DNA of 52,802 nucleotides from Patescibacteria group bacterium (GTDB lineage Bacteria; Patescibacteriota; Patescibacteriia; Patescibacteriales; UBA12465): NCBI GenBank assembly GCA_041665845.1, contig JBAYIC010000009.1, positions 1 to 52,802 of the forward strand, read 5' to 3'. Shown piece by piece: positions 27,154 to 35,123 of this stretch (position 1 is its first letter; each line of letters starts with the position of its first letter). The notes under the pieces were generated by a model. It saw only the letters and a program-made list of their open reading frames with translations, ran no database searches and was not told where the DNA came from. The position numbers and the translations under genes were made by a program.

Positions 27154-27693
27154 ATGGAGCAAATAAGAATTCACGGACGAGGAGGACAAGGCGTTGTAAC
27201 GGCGGCGGAATTAATTGCTATCGCGGCTTTTAATGAAGGTAAATATGCCCAAGCTTTTCCTAATTTTGGAGTTGAAAGAACCGGAGCGCCGATTCAATCC
27301 TATGCTCGAATTTCTAACGAGCCGATAATAACTAGAGAGCAAATATACCATCCGACCGTTCTGATTATTCAAGATGCAACTCTTCTAGAAACAACCGAAA
27401 TAATTAAAGGTACAGATAAAAATACAATTTTCATAATTAACGCTCCTGAAAATTATAAGTTAAGAATAAAATTGCCATCAAAAAAAGTATTTTTTTGCGC
27501 CGCTACTGAAATTGCCTTAGAAATATTTGGTAAAAATATTGTTAATACTATTATTCTCGGCGCTTTTGCTAAACATTCTGGTTTAGTAAATCTAGAAGCT
27601 CTAAAAACGGCGATTAAAGAAAAATTTCAAGATAAAGGCGCCATAATAATTGAAAAAAATATTATCGCAATTGAAAAAGCTTACAATGACTAG
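27154..27693 (+). CDS. porC: Pyruvate/2-oxoacid:ferredoxin oxidoreductase gamma subunit
   Basis: IRIHGRGGQGVVT, FGVERTGAP and NTIILGA motifs. Confidence 0.93.
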   Translation: MEQIRIHGRGGQGVVTAAELIAIAAFNEGKYAQAFPNFGVERTGAPIQSYARISNEPIITREQIYHPTVLIIQDATLLETTEIIKGTDKNTIFIINAPENYKLRIKLPSKKVFFCAATEIALEIFGKNIVNTIILGAFAKHSGLVNLEALKTAIKEKFQDKGAIIIEKNIIAIEKAYND

Positions 27694-27958
27694 AAATATG
27701 AAAAAATTATTAACTATTAAGCCAAATACCTCTTTAAAAAACAAAACTGGAAGTTGGCGAACACATAGACCGATTACCAATCAAGAAAAATGTATTGGTT
27801 GTTCTTTATGCGCTAAACTTTGTCCGGAAGGATGTATCGAAATGATAAATATTAATAATAAATTAAAACCGCAAACTGATTATGACTACTGCAAAGGCTG
27901 TGGTTTATGTGCACACGAATGCCCGGTTAAAGTAATCGATATGAAAGAAGATTACTAA
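27686..27958 (+). CDS. porD: Pyruvate/2-oxoacid:ferredoxin oxidoreductase delta subunit (2x[4Fe-4S])
   Basis: TGSWRTHRP, CIGCSLCAKLCP and CKGCGLCAHECP. An ATG start at 27686 or 27698 is more likely than TTG 27650. Confidence 0.92.
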   Translation: MTRNMKKLLTIKPNTSLKNKTGSWRTHRPITNQEKCIGCSLCAKLCPEGCIEMININNKLKPQTDYDYCKGCGLCAHECPVKVIDMKEDY

Positions 27959-27963
27959 AAATT

Positions 27964-27969
27964 AGGAGG
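27964..27969 (+). promoter_or_regulatory. Canonical Shine-Dalgarno before porA
   Basis: AGGAGG 10 nt upstream of ATG 27980. Confidence 0.6.
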
Positions 27970-27979
27970 AATATTATAT

Positions 27980-29143
27980 ATGGAAAAAATGAAAATAAAA
28001 AAAACAAAAGGCGAACATATTCTTGAAGGTTCAAGAGCGATTGCCCTAACTATTAACAACATTGATCCTGATGTTATTTCGGCCTATCCAATTACTCCGC
28101 AAACTCATATTGTTGAAGATTTAGCAAAGTTCAAAGCCGAAGGAATGGTTAATTATGAATACGTAAGGGCGGAGAGTGAATTTGCCGCCGCCTCTATAAT
28201 ACTCGGCGCTTGCGCTACTGGAGCAAGAGTTTATAGCGCAACCAGCTCTCAGGGATTATTATTAATGGTTGAGGTTTTATATAATATTTCCGGTATGCGT
28301 CTTCCGATTGTGATGACTTGCGCTAATAGATCGGTCTCCGCCCCAATTAATATTTGGAATGATCATTCTGACGCCATGGCTGTTAGAGATAGCGGTTGGC
28401 TACAGTTTTTTGCCGAAAATCATCAGGAAGCAATTTATCAACATTTATTAGCTTATAAAATAGCCGAGAAAATGGATTTACCAGCCTTAGTTAATGTTGA
28501 TGGTTTTATTTTAACTCATTCTTACGAACCAGTTTCAATCCCTAGTAAAACAAATATAAAAAAATATCTTCCGGCCTATACTCCGACGCCGGGAACATAT
28601 CTTGATCCTAAAAATCCGGTTACGATGGGAGGTTTTTCTTCATCAGCGGAATATTTTGAAACTAGAGAAAATATTTTGCAAGACTTTAATTTAAGCTTGG
28701 AAGAAATAAAAAAAGAATATCGAAATTTAAAAAAAGTGTTCAATTTTAAAGATAACAGTAATGGTTTAGTAGAATATTCAGGTGCGAAAAAACCAAAAAC
28801 TATTTTAATCACCATGGGTTCTCTTGCAGGAACAATAAAAGAAACCATGAAAGAATATAAAGATGTTGGTCTATTAAAAATAACAACTTTTCGCCCCTTC
28901 CCCGCTGAAGAAATAAATAAGGCCATCAAAAATTGTTCTAATATTGCCGTTATTGAAAAGGCAATTAGCCCGGGGAGTGGCGGACCATTATATAATGAAG
29001 TGAAGGCGGCTATTTTCCAAACGGGAAAAATAAATATTAAAAATTATATCGTCGGTTTAGGCGGAAAAGATATTAGCCAAAAAAATATTCAAAAAATAAT
29101 TAAAGATTCTTGTAATAAAGGGAAACAAACAACATTCATTTAA
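27980..29143 (+). CDS. porA: Pyruvate/2-oxoacid:ferredoxin oxidoreductase alpha subunit
   Basis: AYPITPQT, AESEFAA, ATSSQGL, NRSVSAP, DGFILTH and YIVGLGGKD motifs. Confidence 0.95.
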   Translation: MEKMKIKKTKGEHILEGSRAIALTINNIDPDVISAYPITPQTHIVEDLAKFKAEGMVNYEYVRAESEFAAASIILGACATGARVYSATSSQGLLLMVEVLYNISGMRLPIVMTCANRSVSAPINIWNDHSDAMAVRDSGWLQFFAENHQEAIYQHLLAYKIAEKMDLPALVNVDGFILTHSYEPVSIPSKTNIKKYLPAYTPTPGTYLDPKNPVTMGGFSSSAEYFETRENILQDFNLSLEEIKKEYRNLKKVFNFKDNSNGLVEYSGAKKPKTILITMGSLAGTIKETMKEYKDVGLLKITTFRPFPAEEINKAIKNCSNIAVIEKAISPGSGGPLYNEVKAAIFQTGKINIKNYIVGLGGKDISQKNIQKIIKDSCNKGKQTTFI

Positions 29144-29159
29144 AAGCCACCCGTGAAAT

Positions 29160-30215
29160 ATGAAAATTAATTTTTCCAAATCAATCATTGCCATCGCTTT
29201 CATCGCCCTATTTTCTGGTTCGATTTTTTTAGCGCAAACGCGTATTGCTTACGGAGCTAATGCTCTTGAGTTTAACCCTCAAATACCGATCCCAGGAATG
29301 GGGTCGGGACAAATAGACGTCGGGAGTGAAGTTGGTGGAGTAATGACTAGTGATTTACTCGCTAAATACCTCGTCGCAATTTATGACTATGGTTTAACTA
29401 TTATTAGTATTCTAGCGGTTGTAATTTTAATGGGAGCTGGGCTTATTTGGTTGACTTCAGGAGGTAATGAAACAAAAATTACTCAAGCTAAAGATTTAAT
29501 TGCCGGTAGTTTAACCGGAATTGTTATTTTATTCGGCGCCTGGATGTTACTTAATACTGTTAATCCCCAATTATTAAAACTGAACTCAATTAGCTTAACT
29601 TATCTTGCTAAAGAAATCCCTGGTTGTTGCCAATATGATAATCGAGCCGAAATGACTACCGACCAAAAATGTAAAAAGGGTAACGGTACTTTTAAATTAT
29701 CAACCACTGATACGGTTTTTAATCTTACTAAAGAATACTATGTTAGCGCAGATGGCAAGACCTGCACTCTACCAGGATGTTGTATCACAGATCGTGGCCA
29801 GGGTTTAGCGAATTCAATTTGTATAAATTCGATGGAACAAGAATGCAATCTTAGTACAAGTAAATTTGAACCTACTAATTGCCAAGCGGTTGGCGGTTAT
29901 TACAATTGTACGTTATTTGACCAATGCGAAACAGCTTCTAATGGATCAACTTGCATTAAAGACAAGCCAGTATCCACTGACTTCTGTTATAATAAATTAT
30001 GTTGGAAGGGCGCAGGGGGAGAGAATGAACCATGTGGCAATGATCCAGGAGCTCTTTGTTCAAAATTATGGCTTCCGACAGCTAGTTTGCATCCTGGATC
30101 TGTAAATCCTTTAGAAGATCAAATAACTTGTCTTGCCTCAGGATACAAACATGACGGATTTTCAGCTAGAGGAAGAAATTGCGAAAGCGGATTAGCTTGT
30201 TGCTATCCTGAATAA
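29160..30215 (+). CDS. T4SS-pilin-like (VirB2/TrbC-type TM hairpin) protein with a 20-Cys extracellular C-terminal region
   Basis: Signal peptide, FNPQIPIPG, hairpin YDYGLTIISILAVVILMGAGLIWLTSGGNETKITQAKDLIAGSLTGIVILFGAWMLLNTVNP, then Cys-rich modules ending NCESGLACCYPE. Confidence 0.72.
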   Translation: MKINFSKSIIAIAFIALFSGSIFLAQTRIAYGANALEFNPQIPIPGMGSGQIDVGSEVGGVMTSDLLAKYLVAIYDYGLTIISILAVVILMGAGLIWLTSGGNETKITQAKDLIAGSLTGIVILFGAWMLLNTVNPQLLKLNSISLTYLAKEIPGCCQYDNRAEMTTDQKCKKGNGTFKLSTTDTVFNLTKEYYVSADGKTCTLPGCCITDRGQGLANSICINSMEQECNLSTSKFEPTNCQAVGGYYNCTLFDQCETASNGSTCIKDKPVSTDFCYNKLCWKGAGGENEPCGNDPGALCSKLWLPTASLHPGSVNPLEDQITCLASGYKHDGFSARGRNCESGLACCYPE

Positions 30216-30222
30216 AATAATT

Positions 30223-31098
30223 ATGAAAAATACTATCAATAAATTTTTATCGCCCGGTCATAATGCTTGTTCTGGTTGTGGCCAATTATCAGCCGTTCAG
30301 GCGGTGATGCGTGGCTTAACCTCAGATACTATTATTGCTAATGCGACTGGTTGTTTAGAAGTAACTACAACTGCTTACCCGCAAAGCTCATGGGGCTTAC
30401 CTTGGATACATTCCTTATTTGAAAACGCCTCTTCAGTCGCCTCCGGAATTAAAGCGGCCTTAGATAAAAAGGGTAATAAAACAACTAAGGTTTTAGTGCA
30501 GGCTGGTGATGGCGGAACATATGATATTGGTTTGGGACTCATTAGCGGTATGTGGGAAAGGGGCGAAAACATTTTATATATTTGTTATGATACTGAGTCG
30601 TATTCAAATACTGGAATCCAAGCTTCCGGTTCTACTCCATACGGCGCCGCGACTACAACTACTCCAAACGGAGAAAAATCAATTGGTTCTAATCAGGTAA
30701 AAAAAGATATGTTAGCTATCGCTTTAGCCCATGGCTTAAAATATGTTGCTCAAACAGCCGCCGGTTTTCCGGATGATATTACTAACAAAGTTAAAAAAGC
30801 GCTCACTGTTTCTGGACCGGCCTATATACAAATTCTTAGTCCTTGTATCCCGGGCTGGAAAATAAATTACAACGAAGCAGTCATGATGGGGAAATTAGCC
30901 GTTAAAACCGGTCTATACCCGATCTTAGAATATATTAATGGATCACTCATTTCCTCAAGTATAAATAATAATTTTAAACCAGAACCAGTGAGCACCTACT
31001 TAAAGGGTCAGGGACGCTTTAAACATTTAAAAGATGAGGAAATAAAATATATTCAAAATCTTGCTAATGAAAATATCAAAAAATATTCTAAAGTATGA
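30223..31098 (+). CDS. porB: Pyruvate/2-oxoacid:ferredoxin oxidoreductase beta subunit
   Basis: HNACSGCG, ATGCLEV, TPP-binding GDGG...YSNTG and ILSPCIPGW motifs. Confidence 0.95.
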   Translation: MKNTINKFLSPGHNACSGCGQLSAVQAVMRGLTSDTIIANATGCLEVTTTAYPQSSWGLPWIHSLFENASSVASGIKAALDKKGNKTTKVLVQAGDGGTYDIGLGLISGMWERGENILYICYDTESYSNTGIQASGSTPYGAATTTTPNGEKSIGSNQVKKDMLAIALAHGLKYVAQTAAGFPDDITNKVKKALTVSGPAYIQILSPCIPGWKINYNEAVMMGKLAVKTGLYPILEYINGSLISSSINNNFKPEPVSTYLKGQGRFKHLKDEEIKYIQNLANENIKKYSKV

Positions 31099-32705
31099 AA
31101 TTTAAAAAAATTAAAAAAATCATATTTTTGATGGCTATTTTTGGGCCTTGGTTTTTTGCAATTTCCGCTAATGCCGGCGGATGCGGATACGGATGTTACG
31201 AGGCTTATAGTGATTTTAATAAGACTATTGCTCCTTGCACTAATATTGGAGGGACGATTGGAACAACTTTTGGACCAAATCCCCAATGCACAAACACCCC
31301 TAAATGTGGCCTCTATCAAACTCCTATCTGTTGCTGCACTGGCGAAGATAATTTCATAGTTCCTGGCGACGGAGGCATACAACCATCTGACGATGCTCCT
31401 AAATTTGAAATTCCTGATTTACAAGTTGATCTTAATGGTCTTAATTTTACCCAACCAACCTGTACTCAGGACGATAACGGTGAATATCTTTGTAAAGTAA
31501 ATTGGCTCGGGGAATATATTACTTGGATTTATAATTATGCCTTAAAAGTTGCTGGTATTTTAGCGGCGATAGTACTTATGGCTGGCGGAGTGTTATGGCT
31601 CATTTCTAGCGGTGATGCTAGTAAAATAAAACAAGCGAGCGATTTAATAATTGGGGCAGTTACTGGACTTGTTATTCTTCTTTCTTCTTATGTTCTTCTA
31701 ATTACTGTTAACCCAGAGTTAGTAAAATTCCGACCGATAACTATGGGGGCGCTTAGCAATAAGGAGGTTACGGAATTAATAAAGGAAAAAAATTCCGGCC
31801 AATCAGGAACTTATCTTAAAGCTGGTTGTGCAACTGATCAAGAATTAGTAACTGGAGTAAATTTCTATGCAACTGGATACTGCCAACCAACTTGGGCTAA
31901 TACAAAAAAATTCTATTGTGCTATTGCTATGAATTGCTCTTGCCCACCTGGAGTGGGTACTGATACTTCTAAAAATTGTGATGAATTTTTTGTAACTCTA
32001 GCAAAAGCAGGAAAACACTATAGCCCCTGCAATGCTTTTCCTAAAAATATTGATTACTGTAATCGTACTTCGAGTGGCGAAGCTCCATATATCGGCTCAA
32101 TCGCTGGGCCAAAATGCAGCAACTTAAATTATGGCGATAAGGTCTGCTTTAATGGTCGGACTTATACAATTAATGATTCTGGCGGCGCTATTCAAGGTAA
32201 AAGAATAGACATTTGGACGGGAAATTGTGCGGGAACGTCGGCGGTTACCGGAATGGGAGTTTTAACAAAGGGAGCTTGTGGTAGTCAGCCGGCAGTAGTT
32301 ACCGGGAGTTTTAACGGTAGCGCTTGGATAACAGGCGGCGGGAAATTTGATCCTAACATTTTTCTACAATCTGGAGATGCAAGTCCAGAACTGGCTCAAT
32401 TGCTAAATTGTATGCGTACTAAATTAACATCTGGAGTAGGAAGAATCTCTTCAATCAGCGATAGTAAATTTATTGGTAATCTAGGCGTTTGTAATACTAC
32501 TAAATGCAAGGGTTGCGCCCATAAATGCTATTCTTGCCATTATGGCGGTGGAGTATCTACCAATAAATCTTATGCGGTTGATTTTGGAGATGAAGAAAAC
32601 ATGACCGCTTTAATAGCGGCGGCTAAGGCATGCAGCCCTGATGCTTATACACTCGACGAAGATAATCATCTTCACGTTAGCGTCTCTAAATGTTCAGGAA
32701 AATAA
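31095..32705 (+). CDS. T4SS-pilin-like protein fused to a 3D (MltA-like) domain and a C-terminal M15/LAS-like Zn-peptidase domain; 30 Cys
   Basis: Signal peptide ending ANA; pilin-like hairpin at aa ~140-210; FYATGY...RTSSG...TINDSGGAIQGKRIDIW; SCHYGG...AVDF...NHLHVS. Confidence 0.68.
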   Translation: MKFKKIKKIIFLMAIFGPWFFAISANAGGCGYGCYEAYSDFNKTIAPCTNIGGTIGTTFGPNPQCTNTPKCGLYQTPICCCTGEDNFIVPGDGGIQPSDDAPKFEIPDLQVDLNGLNFTQPTCTQDDNGEYLCKVNWLGEYITWIYNYALKVAGILAAIVLMAGGVLWLISSGDASKIKQASDLIIGAVTGLVILLSSYVLLITVNPELVKFRPITMGALSNKEVTELIKEKNSGQSGTYLKAGCATDQELVTGVNFYATGYCQPTWANTKKFYCAIAMNCSCPPGVGTDTSKNCDEFFVTLAKAGKHYSPCNAFPKNIDYCNRTSSGEAPYIGSIAGPKCSNLNYGDKVCFNGRTYTINDSGGAIQGKRIDIWTGNCAGTSAVTGMGVLTKGACGSQPAVVTGSFNGSAWITGGGKFDPNIFLQSGDASPELAQLLNCMRTKLTSGVGRISSISDSKFIGNLGVCNTTKCKGCAHKCYSCHYGGGVSTNKSYAVDFGDEENMTALIAAAKACSPDAYTLDEDNHLHVSVSKCSGK

Positions 32706-32716
32706 ATACTACAATA

Positions 32717-32749
32717 AAAAAACCGTCAATTATCAGTTGGCGGTTTTTT
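32717..32749 (+). terminator. Intrinsic terminator between convergent units
   Basis: AAAAAACCGTCAAT-TATCA-GTTGGCGGTTTTTT, a 14-bp stem whose two G-U pairs are valid on the plus strand. The A-tract on the other side could let it act bidirectionally. Confidence 0.8.
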
Positions 32750-32788
32750 AAATATAGAAAATTCTAGGTTTATAATATTTCAGATATT

Positions 32789-33199
32789 CTAGCGACCTCT
32801 ATCCATCGCTTCATTTGCTAGCCGATCAGCTTCCGTATTTTTTTCTCGAGGGATATGAGTATAATTTATTTTTTTGAAATTAAGACTTAAGTTATGAATT
32901 TCTAAGAATAGTGGGGCTAAATCTTTATTTTTTACTTTGTATTCTCGTTTGAGTTGTTTAACTACTAGTTCACTGTCTAAATAACATTCTAACTCTTGAG
33001 CACTAAGCTGAGCCGCTTTTTTTAAAGCGGCAATTAAAGCTTTATACTCCGCCTGGTTATTAGTCGCAACTCCTAAATATTCAGAAATTTCGGCAATTAA
33101 ATTATGGCTCGTATCATAGAGCACTGCTCCAATTCCAGACGGACCGGGATTTCCCCGAGCGCCGCCATCAGTAAAAATAATTAGTTTCTCGATGTTCAT
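32789..33199 (-). CDS. rnhA: Ribonuclease HI
   Basis: FTDGGARGNPGPSG, TNNQAEYKAL, YLDSELVVKQ and REKNTEADRLAN motifs. Confidence 0.93.
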   Translation of the reverse strand: MNIEKLIIFTDGGARGNPGPSGIGAVLYDTSHNLIAEISEYLGVATNNQAEYKALIAALKKAAQLSAQELECYLDSELVVKQLKREYKVKNKDLAPLFLEIHNLSLNFKKINYTHIPREKNTEADRLANEAMDRGR

Positions 33200-33202
33200 A
33201 TT

Positions 33203-34993
33203 TTATTTATTTGAAAGACGCAAATCAATAATTTTCATCTGAGCTTCGCGACGCCCGTTAAACTCGTTAACTTCTAAATAATAAACTACATCAACTCTAT
33301 TGCCAACTTTAAAATCTTTATAATGTTCGGCGGCGCCAAAAGCTAATGCCCAAAATCCAGATAATCTTAATTTAATATGTTGATTATCAAAACCCATTAA
33401 ATTAATATCTTCGATGAGCAAATTATAACTCACCATTTTTGGTTGCTGATTATTTTGCCCGAATGGTTCAAGCGTGCTTATCTCATCGGCTAAAGCTAAA
33501 TTTAAATCTTGTATTTCTAATTCTGCTTCAATTTCTAATTTAGGTGCTAAACTTTTTCCTTTTAATTCATTATCAGCTAAAGAGGTTATTTTATCTTTAA
33601 ATTTCATTAGCTTTTCTTCAGAGTCAACGGAAAAACCACAAGCCATCGGATGCCCGCCGTATTTATCTAGATTCTCAGAACAGGCTTCAATCGCTTTAAC
33701 TAGATTGAGTTCAGAGATAGAGCGGCCGGAACCTTTAAATGAGACTTTTTTAGGGACCAGTTTCTTTTTTTGAATATCAAATTCTGCCTCCTCTATTAAT
33801 CTTGTAATTATTAAAGTCGGGCGATAATATTTTTCCGCAATTCGACCGGCGACTAAACCAATTACTCCTTCGTTCCAAATTTCATCTTCGCCCGCTATTC
33901 CTAAAATTATATTAGGAATATTTTTTGGATCAATTTGACGTTCAACTTGTTCGGTTATTTCTTTGGTTATTTGTTGACGGCTTGAGTTGCGCTGATTTAA
34001 TTCTTCCGCCAGCATCTCCGCCTCTTCTTCCGTCGTCGCTGTTAAAAGCCCAAAAGCAGTATTAGCATGGCTTAAACGACTAGCAGCATTGAGGCGCGGA
34101 CCTATTTGCCAACCAACGTTCCAAGCTTCAATTTTCTTACCACCGCCTATTTTTGCTGATTTAAGCAGAGCGTTAAGACCAAGACGTTTATTTTGATTTA
34201 AGATTTCTAAACCTTTTTTTACGAGTAACCTATTTTCACTAAGCAAACTCACCATATCGGCAATTGTTCCTACCGCGACTAAATCTAAACTTTTCTCACA
34301 AATTAATTTCTTCTGATTTTCCGGTAAATTAGACTTAAGCAGTAAGGCGCTAATAAGTTTAAAGGCGACGCCGACTCCCGCTAGAAATGGACAAGGATAA
34401 TTATTTCTTTTATCAGCCGGATTAATAATTAGACATCCTGGTAAATCTTTCTCGTCTTCCGGTAAAACGTGGTGGTCGGTAATAATTATATCCAAGCCTT
34501 TAGACTTTGCATAAGCAACCTCTTCTTTATTACGAATTCCATTATCAACAGTAATAATAAGTTTAAACCCACCCTCCAGTATCTGATTAATAGCCATCTT
34601 ATTAAGCCCATAGCCCTCACTCACTCTATCGGGCAAATAAACTTCAACCTTAGCACAAAGTATTTTTAAAGTTTCTAAAAGTATCGTTGAAGAGGTAACG
34701 CCATCGGCGTCATAATCACCATAAACAACAATCCCGCTTCCTTGCTTAATATGACTGATTATTAAATCAACAGCCGCGGCCATGTCTTTAAAAATAAACG
34801 GGTCATAAAAATCTAAACCAGAGCCAAAAGAGGCGGTTAAATCATTGCTAATCTCGCCGCTTAAAAAACTTTTAATCGCCACTTCTTCTTTAAGACCACG
34901 GTTAAAAAGCAGCTGTAAAAAAATCCGGCTTATGTTTGGATATGAATTGTTAAATTCTAATCCGACCTTAGGCAAAATACACCATTCTTTCAT
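33203..34993 (-). CDS. recJ: Single-stranded-DNA-specific exonuclease RecJ
   Basis: YGDYDADG, TVDNG, TDHH, GPRLNAASR, GSGRS, GGHPMACG and LEPFGQNN motifs. Confidence 0.96.
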   Translation of the reverse strand: MKEWCILPKVGLEFNNSYPNISRIFLQLLFNRGLKEEVAIKSFLSGEISNDLTASFGSGLDFYDPFIFKDMAAAVDLIISHIKQGSGIVVYGDYDADGVTSSTILLETLKILCAKVEVYLPDRVSEGYGLNKMAINQILEGGFKLIITVDNGIRNKEEVAYAKSKGLDIIITDHHVLPEDEKDLPGCLIINPADKRNNYPCPFLAGVGVAFKLISALLLKSNLPENQKKLICEKSLDLVAVGTIADMVSLLSENRLLVKKGLEILNQNKRLGLNALLKSAKIGGGKKIEAWNVGWQIGPRLNAASRLSHANTAFGLLTATTEEEAEMLAEELNQRNSSRQQITKEITEQVERQIDPKNIPNIILGIAGEDEIWNEGVIGLVAGRIAEKYYRPTLIITRLIEEAEFDIQKKKLVPKKVSFKGSGRSISELNLVKAIEACSENLDKYGGHPMACGFSVDSEEKLMKFKDKITSLADNELKGKSLAPKLEIEAELEIQDLNLALADEISTLEPFGQNNQQPKMVSYNLLIEDINLMGFDNQHIKLRLSGFWALAFGAAEHYKDFKVGNRVDVVYYLEVNEFNGRREAQMKIIDLRLSNK

Positions 34994-35015
34994 ACTTTAA
35001 TTCAATTCGTCTAAA

Positions 35016-35114
35016 TTAAAAACCACCCATCATCAGCGGAAATACAACCATGGAAACGGTAACTAGAACAGAAATTACTAACCAAATAGCCTTAATAATT
35101 TTTTTTCTTTTCAT
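35016..35114 (-). CDS. Small 32-aa single-pass membrane protein (not in the ORF track)
   Basis: MKRKKIIKAIWLVISVLVTVSMVVFPLMMGGF*: basic N-terminus plus one TM. It fills the lepA-recJ gap (9 nt after the lepA stop, 22 nt before recJ). Confidence 0.65.
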   Translation of the reverse strand: MKRKKIIKAIWLVISVLVTVSMVVFPLMMGGF

Positions 35115-35123
35115 ATTATCTTT

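Noticed and set aside
29160-32705. Type IVa pilin assignment for the two pilin-like genes
   Set aside because: No prepilin G/FTLIE N-terminal motif; they have Sec-type signal peptides and an internal two-helix hairpin instead.
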